Assembly: GCA_963662405.2 (NCBI GenBank)
Contig: CAXXKT010000002.1
Span: 288,001-352,000, forward strand
Direction: 5' to 3'
From: Syntrophales bacterium
GTDB lineage: Bacteria; Desulfobacterota; Syntrophia; Syntrophales; UBA2210
DNA: 64,000 bases
Under the pieces are notes generated by a model. The model made no database searches, had not been told where the DNA came from, and saw nothing but the letters and a program-made list of their open reading frames with translations. Position 1 is the first letter of the stretch; each line of letters opens with the position of its first letter. The position numbers and the translations under genes were made by a program. Below, one piece after another: positions 1 through 9,677 of the stretch.

Positions 1-84
1 CAGCTACGTAATACATATTTTAATTACGGAGAAAATCATTACAAGTTGCTGTAATACAAAGATTATTATGAAAATCTTCGTTTA

Positions 85-385
85 TTGAGGTGTGTTATAC
101 AGAAACTATGTAATACTCTTTTCCGCGTTCACGTAACCCCGATATTTTCTAAGTTGCCCAAAAAAACAAAAAAGCCCCATCTCTCTTTTTGAGAAACAGG
201 GCTTTGATGATCAGACCATAATCCCCTCCGGTTACAGCCAGCCAAAAGCAGAGAAAAAATAAAGATCAAATCCGGTATTTAGGTAACTCTATGATGCTTT
301 ATTGTCAAGAAATTTTACGTCGAGACCTTCAACCGGTAATAATCGATTTTCTCCCAAGATTATTTTGAGTGTTAGTAGGTGAATC
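85..385 (-). repeat. Dispersed non-coding module, copy M1 (complete): palindrome, terminator, SD-AUG-GUC-UGA core, TTGACA block
   Basis: Terminator hairpin 171-205, TCAGACCAT 211-219, GTTACAGC 231-238, TAACTCTA 284-291, TGTCAA 303-308, GTAGGTG 375-381; aligns by eye with copies at 35.3, 37.5, 44.1, 47.7 and 55.2 kb. Confidence 0.85.
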
Positions 386-608
386 CAATAAATGATGACG
401 TCGAGAATGAGTTCGTCTTAAGCTCGCCGGAGGCGGCACCTACCCTTCTTATAAAAGATCAATCAATCTTTTTAAAACTACTCCATATATTTTAAAGGTT
501 AATTAAATATTGGCTTTTTATTTAATAAAACACTTTATTTTTATTTAATGATGATATATAATATAAATCAAAATAAATGGTATTCATTAAATATAGGAGG
601 GTTTGATT

Positions 609-1256
609 ATGGAAAGGAAAAAGAGAGTAAAAGCGGCCCCGGTAAAGACTATTGCCTATCTGCGGGTCAGCACCGATGCTCAGGATGTCGAAAAGAACAA
701 AGCTGATATTCTTTCCTTTGCCAATAGTAGAGCTTTTGTCCCGGTTGAATTTGTCACAGAAAAGATATCTGGTTCGAAGAATTGGAAGGAACGAAAAATC
801 AAAGGGATCATAGACCGGTTTAATAAAGGTGACCGATTGATCGTCCCTGAGTTGTCACGGCTGGGCAGGTCAATGTTGGAGATAATGGAGATACTGGCCA
901 TTGCGAAGGAAAAAGAGATTGCAATTTACGATCTGAAAAACGGCTGGACGTTAAACGGCACCATTGAAAGCAAGATCCTTGCGATGGTGTTTTCTATTGC
1001 CAGTGAGATCGAGCGTGACCTGATTCGGAAAAGAACAGGTGAGGGACTCAAGGCGGCAAAGGCTCGGGGGGTTGTTCTGGGACGGCCTAAAGGCCCCGGC
1101 AAGTCAAAGCTGGATCCCCACAAAGAAGAGATCGTTGCCCTCCTGAAGACCGGAAGCAAGAAGAATTACATTGCAAAGAAGTATTCCTGCACCCCGGCCA
1201 ATCTTTGGAACTGGTTGAAAAGAAATAACATTCAGGATATCAAACCTGAATTTTAA
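609..1256 (+). CDS. Small serine resolvase/invertase with C-terminal HTH
   Basis: YLRVST catalytic motif, ELSRLGRS, GRPKG, C-terminal HTH; AGGAGG before ATG 609. Confidence 0.93.
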   Translation: MERKKRVKAAPVKTIAYLRVSTDAQDVEKNKADILSFANSRAFVPVEFVTEKISGSKNWKERKIKGIIDRFNKGDRLIVPELSRLGRSMLEIMEILAIAKEKEIAIYDLKNGWTLNGTIESKILAMVFSIASEIERDLIRKRTGEGLKAAKARGVVLGRPKGPGKSKLDPHKEEIVALLKTGSKKNYIAKKYSCTPANLWNWLKRNNIQDIKPEF

Positions 1257-1362
1257 AAACTCAAGCAAGTTTTATATATTTTACCTAAATTTTACTTTAT
1301 TTATCAAACGGAACACTTTATAATCAAGGCAAATAAAAAAACCGTTAGCGGAGCCATGTCTT

Positions 1363-1542
1363 ATGAAAGGTGAAAGAATTACAATCAAAAAAGGGCTGGG
1401 CGAATTAAAGACCTGCACATTTTATCTGCCGGAAAAGGTGCACATGAGTGTGAAGGTTGCGGCTGCTCGTCGGGGGATTCCAATGTCACAGATTATGATC
1501 GACGCCCTCCTCTTGTACTTCGAGCAGAAAAGGCCAGAGTGA
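1363..1542 (+). CDS. Ribbon-helix-helix (CopG/ParG-like) protein, 59 aa, absent from the ORF track
   Basis: Manual translation MKGERITIKKGLGELKTCTFYLPEKVHMSVKVAAARRGIPMSQIMIDALLLYFEQKRPE; beta-strand then two helices pattern. Confidence 0.7.
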   Translation: MKGERITIKKGLGELKTCTFYLPEKVHMSVKVAAARRGIPMSQIMIDALLLYFEQKRPE

Positions 1543-1562
1543 ATAAGGGAGGATTTTTACGC

Positions 1563-3197
1563 ATGCGGTTTGCACCAATCATCAGAGTCAGCACTGAGGG
1601 TCAGGAAAGAAAAGGCGAGTCCCTCCGAACACAAACCACGCAGATTATGCAGTACGTCCAAAATCTAAAGGGAACTGTCCCGGAGCATTGCTTGCGGTAT
1701 GTTGGGCAGGAGCACGCGACCCCGAATCAAGAGCGGAGGAAGCTGGACAGCTTGCTTGAAGATTCTAGCAAGAATTTGTTTGATGCCGTTATCGTCTGTG
1801 ATGCTTCCAGATGGAGTCGGGATAATTTGAAAAGTAAGAAGGGATTGGAGATTCTGCGCAATAACAATATTCGGTTCTTTGTCGGAATGATGGAATATGA
1901 TCTTTTCAATCCGGAGCACAGCTTTTACCTGGGTATGTCTGCGGAGATAGGTGAATTGCAGGCACGGCAACAAAAACAAAAATCAATGATCAATAGGATC
2001 GAAAGGGCCAAACGTGGACTTCCCAGCGTCGGCAAGTTGCCTTACGGGCGCACATATGATTGCGACAAGGGATGGGGAATTGACTCGGACAAGCAAAAGA
2101 AGATCCAACAGGCGGCGGAACGCTACTTGCAAGGAGAGGGTATTGTGCAAATCTCTTCTTCCCTAGATATGAACGTTTCAAATCTCTGGAAAATCCTCAA
2201 CCACCGTTCTGGAGATAAATGGCAGCAGACATTCCGGGCACCGGATTTGAACATTGACGAGACGGTTGAAATATCAATCCCTCCCCTCCTTGATGAACAA
2301 ACGATTAATGCAATTTATGAACGTGCCAGAGCGAACAAAACCTATACCCACGGGGAAATCAAAAACCGCTACTTGCTGAGAAGAATGATCTTTTGCGCAA
2401 AGTGTGGGGGTGCTCTTTTTGGACAGACCAACCATCAAACAAAGAGGTATTACAGGCACACCCGCCACAAAAAGAACTGCACTTGTCATTTCCAGAGTTG
2501 GCTTCCGGCTGATTTGATTGAAAATTCAGTTTTGATTCACCTTATCGGTGCCTTTGGAGATGTGGAGAGGTTAAAGAAAGCGGTGGATCGGGCGACCCCT
2601 GACCTTGACAAACTGGACCGTCTAGCAGAGGAACAGGAAACCCTTGCAGGGGAATTGAAAAAGATTCTCTCCCGGAAAGAGCATGTCATTGATATGATCG
2701 AAGACGGGCTTCTCTCAAAAGAGGAAGTTAAACTACGTATGGAGAAACTACGGGAACGGGAAGCAAACATCCAAACTCGTTTGATGACTATCGAAGATCA
2801 GTTGGAGAGTGTCCCGGATCCTGCTAGAGTGAAGAGGCTATCCGAATTCGGTTTGGCGGTTCTTGTCAATGCGACAAAGAACAGCCCGCAGCTCATCTTC
2901 TCCAAGTCCTACGAATGGAAACGAAATCTGGTTGAGCATGCTTTCGGTGGCAAGGATACCAACGGCCAACGGCTCGGCGTGTACATTGAAGAAACCGGAG
3001 ATAGGAAACAGCCTTGGCGGTTTGAGATTCGGGGGTTACTCGAAAATACCCTAATTGGGTTGCCTCTCCCTGACGAATATTTGGAAGATGCTTTCCATTT
3101 GGACCCTGAATTTCAAGATATTCAGGAAGAGTTACAAAAGATTAGAAAAGCTATAACTAGTTTTACTTCGTATTACACAAAAGAAGCCCTTCCCTGA
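1563..3197 (+). CDS. Large serine recombinase (integrase)
   Basis: IRVST catalytic Ser, DASRWSR, PYG recombinase domain, CAKCG zinc ribbon, coiled coil; SD GGAGGA before ATG 1563. Confidence 0.93.
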   Translation: MRFAPIIRVSTEGQERKGESLRTQTTQIMQYVQNLKGTVPEHCLRYVGQEHATPNQERRKLDSLLEDSSKNLFDAVIVCDASRWSRDNLKSKKGLEILRNNNIRFFVGMMEYDLFNPEHSFYLGMSAEIGELQARQQKQKSMINRIERAKRGLPSVGKLPYGRTYDCDKGWGIDSDKQKKIQQAAERYLQGEGIVQISSSLDMNVSNLWKILNHRSGDKWQQTFRAPDLNIDETVEISIPPLLDEQTINAIYERARANKTYTHGEIKNRYLLRRMIFCAKCGGALFGQTNHQTKRYYRHTRHKKNCTCHFQSWLPADLIENSVLIHLIGAFGDVERLKKAVDRATPDLDKLDRLAEEQETLAGELKKILSRKEHVIDMIEDGLLSKEEVKLRMEKLREREANIQTRLMTIEDQLESVPDPARVKRLSEFGLAVLVNATKNSPQLIFSKSYEWKRNLVEHAFGGKDTNGQRLGVYIEETGDRKQPWRFEIRGLLENTLIGLPLPDEYLEDAFHLDPEFQDIQEELQKIRKAITSFTSYYTKEALP

Positions 3198-3297
3198 TCC
3201 CGCTCTCCCGCAGGCACTCTTCCACCTGCAGCGTGATATTGACAAAACCCCTTCTCGAGGGGATGTTGAACCATAGTTCTTTCCTGTAACTTTTCAC
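3163..3297 (-). pseudogene. yjbQ: 5' fragment of yjbQ (UPF0047) truncated by the serine-recombinase element
   Basis: GTG-start translation [41 protein letters not shown] then TK-stop where YjbQ normally continues with a MHITA-type motif; SD AGGAG present. Confidence 0.8.
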
Positions 3298-3842
3298 TTG
3301 ATTCTCCTTTCGTGCGGCGGTGGAATACAATGAAGTTATCCTCTCCTACGCTTCTGCACGGGATCACACCGATTCGAACAGGATATAAAGAAATACGCGT
3401 TCTGGGGTCCCTGCTCAAGTCACGGCCTGTGCCTATAGTGGATGCTATAAAATAAACCACAGCCGGAACCGTTCTGTCAAAGATATTATGCCGGTGTGTT
3501 TCTCAGCCACATGCTGCATGATCGGTAGAACTCCTCTGAAACCTGTAACTGGTCCTCATACCTTCAAACTGATGTGACGCTCGTGCGCGGCATAGAAACG
3601 TATAACCTGTCCGGTCTTCCCGGATCGGAACCCGTAACGCTCACCCATAAAGCTTACACATCTCTGCTCCTATCGCTATCCGTCCCGGAGATCATTCCCC
3701 TGTGATTCATTTCCCCCGAAGAGACCCTGCGTTATCCATAGGTATTTTCGTATGATAATGATATTAAGATATTGTATTTTTTTATAACCTAAGTGTTGAG
3801 TCCCTCTGGTTTATCGCTATAAACGGATCAGTCGGAACAATA

Positions 3843-3871
3843 TTGACTTTCACAGCCCGGCTGGGTATAAG
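3843..3871 (+). promoter_or_regulatory. Sigma70-type promoter for the minD-like operon
   Basis: TTGACT-N17-TATAAG. Confidence 0.55.
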
Positions 3872-3885
3872 TTACTGAAAAGCTT

Positions 3886-4016
3886 GGCAGAGAAAGGGAC
3901 TCAGGCACCTTCGCTTCTGGAGTGTCTGTATTCGCCGTTGAGCGTACGCATCGATGGAGTAATCGCATTCCCTCTTTGGGAAAGGAGGTATTTTCCTACA
4001 TGCTCGATTCTCAGCA
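3886..4016 (+). promoter_or_regulatory. Candidate structured 5' leader, resembling a variant glycine-riboswitch aptamer
   Basis: GCAGAGAA/TTCTCAGC closing stem, CAGGCAC/GTGTCTG hairpin, CGCCG junction, GAGCGT/ATGCTC stem. Confidence 0.35.
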
Positions 4017-4083
4017 TCTTTTTGTGATATGATTCAGTAACTTTTGCCAATAGCTACAGATCTACGATCCGGGGTGTATCTCA

Positions 4084-4830
4084 ATGTCGAAAATTGTCTC
4101 TGTTCATTCCTTTCGCGGTGGAACCGGCAAGTCCAATACCACCGCCAACCTGGCCGTGTCTCTGGCCCACACGGGACTCCGGGTCTGCGTCGTCGATACG
4201 GACATACAGTCCCCCGGTATCCATGTCCTCTTCCAGATCGACCCCACGAATATCCCCTTCGCGTTGAATGATTTTCTCTGGGGGAAGTGCGAGATCGAGC
4301 AGACCGCGCAAGAGGTCTTTACCGGCGATCAGGGGGGACAGGTATTCCTGGTCCCCTCAAGCATGCGAACCGGCGACATTGCCCGCGTCTTGAAGTTCGG
4401 ATACGATATTCAACTCCTGCGCGATGGATTCATGCATCTCATCTCCGCCCTTGCCATCGATGTCCTCCTGATCGACACCCATCCGGGGTTGAATGAAGAG
4501 ACGCTGATGTCGATCGCCCTCTCTGACACACTGCTGATCATCCTCCGCCCTGATTCCCAGGACTACCAGGGAACGGCCGTGACCATCGAGGTGGCCCGTC
4601 AGATCGAGGTGCCCCGGATGTATCTCCTGATGAACAAGGTCCCTCCCCTCTTCGACCGGGCTTCGATTGTCGAAAAGGCCGAGGCGGCCTTCACCTGTCC
4701 CGTCGTCGGTGTGCTGCCCCATTCCGATGAGATGATGACGTTGGCCAGCGACGGGATATTCGTCACCCGGTATCCGCAGCACCGTCTCACACGCGAGGTC
4801 GGGATGGTCGCCCGGAAGCTCATGGAGTAA
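4084..4830 (+). CDS. MinD/ParA family ATPase
   Basis: SFRGGTGKS deviant Walker A, VVDTD, IDTHPG. Confidence 0.9.
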   Translation: MSKIVSVHSFRGGTGKSNTTANLAVSLAHTGLRVCVVDTDIQSPGIHVLFQIDPTNIPFALNDFLWGKCEIEQTAQEVFTGDQGGQVFLVPSSMRTGDIARVLKFGYDIQLLRDGFMHLISALAIDVLLIDTHPGLNEETLMSIALSDTLLIILRPDSQDYQGTAVTIEVARQIEVPRMYLLMNKVPPLFDRASIVEKAEAAFTCPVVGVLPHSDEMMTLASDGIFVTRYPQHRLTREVGMVARKLME

Positions 4831-4843
4831 GGAAAGACACGGC

Positions 4844-5914
4844 ATGAAGCTATCGAAGATCTCTCTTCCCCCGGGGATACGATTACCGGCCCTGGTCATT
4901 GCGGCCGCCGTGGTCTACGGGCTCCTCAACGTATATTCCAACCGGCTTCTCCTCCCGTCGGCGCCTGCTATCTCCCTCCGCCCCCAGGTCGCCCTCCCCT
5001 TCTGCCTGGGCTTTCTCTTCGGCCCGTGGGTGGGATTCCTTACCGGCGTTCTGGGGAATGTGCTCGGGGACGCTCTGTGCGGATACGGGCCTGTGTATTT
5101 CTGGAACTGGTCCCTGGCAAACGGTATCTACGGCCTCATACCGGGTCTCGCCCGCTCTCTCGGGCTCAAAGAGGTCCGCACGCTTTCGGGATTCGTCATC
5201 TTGGAGGCCGTTGTGGTCGTCTCGAATATCGCGGCCGTCGGGTCGGCTGTCCTGATCGATCTCTTCTGGCTGAAGATCATGCAATTCCCCGAATCGTTGC
5301 ATTCCTGGATACTACCGGCAGTAATTATCAATACGGTCCTCACCTTCGTCCTCGTGCCACTCCTGCTCACACTGGCCAGATTCATCGTGATGACCGTCGA
5401 GACACGTATCACGCAGGTCGTGTCATGGGTGGTGGTATCGATCGTCGTGATCGCCGCCTCGTCCGTGACGTGGGCCGTGTGGGGTGATCTCTCTTCACCT
5501 GCCGCAGCGGTCCGGGCGTTCTATTCGGCCGGTGTGGTCACGCTCCTGGTCGTAATCGCCGGATTTCTCGTCTCCGTTTTCCTGGCGCGCCGCATCACTG
5601 ATCCCCTGGCAACCCTGAGCCAGGCCGCCCGCCGGATCGAAAATGGCGAATACCATCTCCCCGCACTCGACACGCTGAAAGAGCGAAAAGACGAATTCGG
5701 GCAGCTATCCGTACTGATGCAACGCATGGCGCAACAGATCAAGGAGCGGGAAACCGGCCTGAGGAATCAGGTAGCCGAACTGAAGATCGAAATCGACCGG
5801 GTAAAACAGGACGAGGATGTGAGGGAGATCGTGGAGAGCGATTACTTCAAGACACTCAGGCAGAAGGCGCGCGAATTCCGTGCCGTGCCCGAGACGAAAG
5901 GGAGAAAGAAATAG
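4844..5914 (+). CDS. Membrane protein: ECF S-component-like domain + HAMP + coiled-coil tail
   Basis: LRP..FGPWVGFLTG..GN.LGD S-component pattern; ITDPL..L...A..I..G...DEFGQL HAMP; tail IEIDRVKQDEDVREIVESDYF. Confidence 0.75.
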   Translation: MKLSKISLPPGIRLPALVIAAAVVYGLLNVYSNRLLLPSAPAISLRPQVALPFCLGFLFGPWVGFLTGVLGNVLGDALCGYGPVYFWNWSLANGIYGLIPGLARSLGLKEVRTLSGFVILEAVVVVSNIAAVGSAVLIDLFWLKIMQFPESLHSWILPAVIINTVLTFVLVPLLLTLARFIVMTVETRITQVVSWVVVSIVVIAASSVTWAVWGDLSSPAAAVRAFYSAGVVTLLVVIAGFLVSVFLARRITDPLATLSQAARRIENGEYHLPALDTLKERKDEFGQLSVLMQRMAQQIKERETGLRNQVAELKIEIDRVKQDEDVREIVESDYFKTLRQKAREFRAVPETKGRKK

Positions 5915-6892
5915 ATGACAGCGAACAGCACAGAGACCATGAGGGCCGTCGTATTCGACGGCACCCTGTCATTCAGGACTGATTATCCCGTCCCCGACTG
6001 TCCCTCCGGATGGGCGCGGATACGGGTCACGCAGGCGGGGATTTGCCAGACCGACCTCGAGATCATAAAGGGGTATATGGGATTTCAGGGCGTCCTGGGA
6101 CACGAATTCGTGGGGACCGTTGAGACATGCGACGATCCAACCTGGATCGGGAAGCGGGTCGTGGGGGATATTAACGCCGCATGCGGCGCATGCGCGTGGT
6201 GCGCGAGAGACCTGGGACGTCACTGCCCGTCCCGAAAAACCCTGGGTATTGACCGGCTGGACGGATGCATGGCCGACTTTTGCATCCTGCCGGTTCGGAA
6301 TCTCTTGGAAGTGCCGGCCGCCATTTCGGACAATCGCGCCGTCCTGACCGAGCCCCTCGCGGCGGCCTGCGAAATCCTGGAACAGCTGCCGGTTGATTCC
6401 TCCCATGACGTGGTCGTCCTGGGTGACGGTCGCCTGGGGATACTCTGCGCGTGGGTCCTGACCACCACCGGGGCGAAGGTGACCCTGGTGGGGCACCATC
6501 CCCGCAAACTCGAAACCGCCGCGTGGCGCCACCTCACATGTATATCACGGCTGGATGACATTCAGGATCGCGTGGATATCGTGGTGGATGCCACCGGATC
6601 GGTCCGGGGTCTGAATGATGCCGTGGGTATCTGCAAGCCGCGGGGGACCATCGTCCTGAAGTCGACCGTCGCATCAAGCGGCTCGATCAATCTTACCCCG
6701 CTGGTGGTCGAAGAAATCACGCTGGTAGGCTCACGCTGCGGCCGCTTTTCCGACGCCCTTGCAATCATGGAGCGATTCCCCGACATGCCCCTTGAACGAC
6801 TGATATCGGCCTGTTACCCCATAGAGGAAGCGGCGGCGGCATTCGACGAGGTCATGCATAACAAACCACTGAAGGTGCTGCTGACCCTGTGA
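5915..6892 (+). CDS. Zn-dependent alcohol dehydrogenase (MDR family)
   Basis: GICQTD, GHEFVG, CGACAWC..C structural Zn, GDGRLG. Confidence 0.9.
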   Translation: MTANSTETMRAVVFDGTLSFRTDYPVPDCPSGWARIRVTQAGICQTDLEIIKGYMGFQGVLGHEFVGTVETCDDPTWIGKRVVGDINAACGACAWCARDLGRHCPSRKTLGIDRLDGCMADFCILPVRNLLEVPAAISDNRAVLTEPLAAACEILEQLPVDSSHDVVVLGDGRLGILCAWVLTTTGAKVTLVGHHPRKLETAAWRHLTCISRLDDIQDRVDIVVDATGSVRGLNDAVGICKPRGTIVLKSTVASSGSINLTPLVVEEITLVGSRCGRFSDALAIMERFPDMPLERLISACYPIEEAAAAFDEVMHNKPLKVLLTL

Positions 6893-9462
6893 AGAGCCAT
6901 GCTACACACCTCTCAATGAAGGATCCGGGAATGAAGAACAGTAACGACATCTTACAAAAACTCATGGCTCAGGAGACGGGGGCTGAGAAAAGTGATGGCC
7001 TCTCCAAGGCGAGGCATCATCTGACAAGTCTTGGGGTACCGCTGCACCAGTCCAACGAGAATTCATTCACCATCGACATGACGGACGTCGGTGTCTTTGC
7101 AGGCATATCCACCATCGCACGAATGCTTGCAAACGATGTGATCGACCAGTGCGGTCGGGGCATCTCGGACATTATGATCCAGCACAAGCTCCTGCCGCAG
7201 TTAACTCCCGAGCTGTGTGCCGCGGGCGTCGAGTGGATCATGGTCTACGCGAGGCTCGAGGCAGTCGAAGATCTGCCCGTTCATCACCGGGAATTCAACG
7301 ACGCCATTGAACGTATCTTCCATTCGATTCAGTCTCCCCGCTGGCGGGACGTGCTTTTTTCCATCCCTGGAAAGAAAGAGAGGTCGCAACAGAAGATCGC
7401 CCTCCTCTTCCCCTTTTACCAGTCCGGCGATCGTGACTATTTCATGCTGGTCGAATATGAACGTGCGGGGAGGTTCCTGCGCATCACCTTTGAAAACGCC
7501 AATCTATCCCGAATTTTCCTCAAGCACATCCCCCATCGTGTCGTGGACAATCTTGATCGCTACTACCTCATACCGGAGCTGAGGCAGACCGCTCACCACA
7601 TCTATCAGGGGATCATCAAAGAGGCATCCCAGGGGAAACTGGAGTTCAAGGAGACCTTCGAGCATCAGCCGATCCTCTTCAATGCCATCCGCGAGGGAGG
7701 ACTCGAACGGCTCGATACGATGATCTTTCACTGGCCCTTTTCCGAGCTGGCGACCCTCGTCGGTGAAACGAGAAACGATCACGCGGTCCACACGAAATTC
7801 TTCGGACTCATCAACAAGGATCTGTTGATCCTCCAGGATCATGACGTGATCCACCACCTGGATCATGGCGCCACGGTCGAACTGACGGACGGAGAGTGGC
7901 GCGTTTTCTTCGAGTTGTCGCGGCGGAAGAGTTGTCTCCGCATCTCCTGGCAGGAGGCCTGTTCCTACGCCGCCCTCGGTGACTATCTCGACCGTATGCC
8001 CACACTGAAGGAGACCACGGCTGCGGTGCGCGAGCCCCTGTCGCCGGTGGAGCTCATGCTGGTCCATCACATCACGGCCGAAACCCTGGGATTCATCGGT
8101 GCCTGCCGGGATGTGGGCTTCAAAGGGATCGACACCTTCTTCGTGACGTACAGCGGCGTCGTCCCCGACGACTACATGGAGACCATCCTCTCCCAGCCGG
8201 AAGAAGATTATCGATTCCATTCCCTCCAGAGGATCGAAACGGCAGGCTCGGTCCGGGGGGCATACCGACTGTCCCGTCAATACTCGTCCATCGATAACCT
8301 GCAGGCCTTGGACACGGTTCTCGCCGGCAGCGATTACTCTTTCTTCGAAGCGGCCCGGATGGCGGCGGGACATCTCTTTATGAGAAAGGCCGCCCGGCTA
8401 TACCGGCGGGGCGGGAAAATGCTCCTCGTCGAGGACGGGGGGTACGTGAGTCCCCTCATCAACCGGTTCTGCCTGGAGGGGAAGACCCTGGGAGAGGCCC
8501 TCGATTGGTTCCATGTCGATCCCTCAGGGGTCGAACTGCCGACCGAACTGCTGGAGGGGAACCTTTCCGACTGGCTGGCACCTGTGCTGGTGGGTGCCGT
8601 GGAGCATACGCGAAACGGTTACGACGCCAATCTCGACGTGGAGAATCGTTTCGACCGGTTGCAGTTTCCGGTGTGCAGTATCGCCATCTCCGATCTGAAA
8701 CGGGGGCCGGAGGCGCAGGAGTGCGCCATCACCATACTGAACGCCACAGAGAATATCATGCACCGCCTGGGTCTGCTCCTCTCCCGGAGACAGGCGGTGG
8801 TCCTCGGCAGTCGCGGCGCCATTGGCAGGTGCGCGCTGGCGGAGCTGGCACACCGTCTCGGCCCGCAGCGAGTCGCCGGCGTGGACAGAGCCGCGTGCCC
8901 GAACACGGAGGCAACTCCCATCGAGGCGCCAACCGTAGAAGGGATCCCCCGGGATCATTTATACAACACCGATCTCTTCCTGGGGATTATCGGAAAATCT
9001 ATTATCACCCGTCATATCCTGGAGGACCTGATGATCCGATCCCGGCGGGATCGGATCTATTTTGCCAGCGGCTCCACGAAGACCACGGAGTTTACGGACC
9101 TGGAAGACTGGCTCGTCGGTCTCCAGAGGAAAGACAATCCGGACATTGCCGGTCATGAAGTCAGCATCGAACATGCTCCCCTCCGGGATCTGCAGACGAG
9201 AATCACCCAGGGACAGATCGTCCGCATCCGTTTTCGCGAGGAGGGCATACCGGACAAGACCCTCTACCTGCTGGGCAATCTGACGCCCATCAATTTCCTC
9301 TATTACGGCATACCCAGCGAGATCGTCGACGAGGTCCTCAGCCAGCTCCTGAGGGTATCCGTCGGTCTTACGCAAAACACGTTGCGGGAATGCCCCCTCC
9401 CCGGGAAACTCCTGGCCGTCGATCATGAAATCGACGCCGACGCTGTATTATTGGGAAACTGA
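6889..9462 (+). CDS. Large protein with unknown N-terminal half and an S-adenosylhomocysteine hydrolase-like C-terminal half
   Basis: HHITAET, VEDGG, GAVEHTRNG, FPVCSIAISDLK and VVLGSRGAIG parallel AhcY motifs in the same order. Confidence 0.6.
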   Translation: MKSHATHLSMKDPGMKNSNDILQKLMAQETGAEKSDGLSKARHHLTSLGVPLHQSNENSFTIDMTDVGVFAGISTIARMLANDVIDQCGRGISDIMIQHKLLPQLTPELCAAGVEWIMVYARLEAVEDLPVHHREFNDAIERIFHSIQSPRWRDVLFSIPGKKERSQQKIALLFPFYQSGDRDYFMLVEYERAGRFLRITFENANLSRIFLKHIPHRVVDNLDRYYLIPELRQTAHHIYQGIIKEASQGKLEFKETFEHQPILFNAIREGGLERLDTMIFHWPFSELATLVGETRNDHAVHTKFFGLINKDLLILQDHDVIHHLDHGATVELTDGEWRVFFELSRRKSCLRISWQEACSYAALGDYLDRMPTLKETTAAVREPLSPVELMLVHHITAETLGFIGACRDVGFKGIDTFFVTYSGVVPDDYMETILSQPEEDYRFHSLQRIETAGSVRGAYRLSRQYSSIDNLQALDTVLAGSDYSFFEAARMAAGHLFMRKAARLYRRGGKMLLVEDGGYVSPLINRFCLEGKTLGEALDWFHVDPSGVELPTELLEGNLSDWLAPVLVGAVEHTRNGYDANLDVENRFDRLQFPVCSIAISDLKRGPEAQECAITILNATENIMHRLGLLLSRRQAVVLGSRGAIGRCALAELAHRLGPQRVAGVDRAACPNTEATPIEAPTVEGIPRDHLYNTDLFLGIIGKSIITRHILEDLMIRSRRDRIYFASGSTKTTEFTDLEDWLVGLQRKDNPDIAGHEVSIEHAPLRDLQTRITQGQIVRIRFREEGIPDKTLYLLGNLTPINFLYYGIPSEIVDEVLSQLLRVSVGLTQNTLRECPLPGKLLAVDHEIDADAVLLGN

Positions 9463-9490
9463 GAAAAAGTCTCTCTCCGTCAAAAAAACA

Positions 9491-9528
9491 GCCCTTACAC
9501 TTCAAAACAATTATTGAAGTGTAAGGGC
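9491..9528 (-). terminator. Hairpin after the duplicated tRNA 3' end
   Basis: GCCCTTACACTTCAA...TTGAAGTGTAAGGGC with a T-tract on the minus strand. Confidence 0.7.
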
Positions 9529-9534
9529 TCAAAT

Positions 9535-9580
9535 TGGTAGCGGGGGCCGGATTCGAACCGAGGACCTTTGGGTTATGAGC
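9535..9580 (-). repeat. Duplicated 3' 46 bp of tRNA-fMet (att-like)
   Basis: Matches 11868-11913 with one mismatch. Confidence 0.92.
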
Positions 9581-9677
9581 AAAAAAAGAAAGGGAGAGGA
9601 AACTGAAAGTTTCCTCTCCCGGTTGTGTCTGAAAGCCCATACTGCCCATCAAGAACCGGGCATCGGGCTCTCATATG

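Noticed and set aside
284..308. Canonical sigma70 promoter in the module
   Set aside because: TTGACA is invariant, but TAGAGT lies only 11 bp away and the hexamers at 17 bp lack the -7 T; left unresolved rather than called
230..310. Type I toxin peptide in the module's variable region
   Set aside because: No start codon or reading frame is conserved across copies
400..445. Fluoride riboswitch-like sequence ending in CCTAC
   Set aside because: Lacks the UGAUGAC segment and the pseudoknot pairing
3173..3460. 95-aa minus-strand ORF
   Set aside because: Wrong frame; the recognisable product here is the yjbQ fragment
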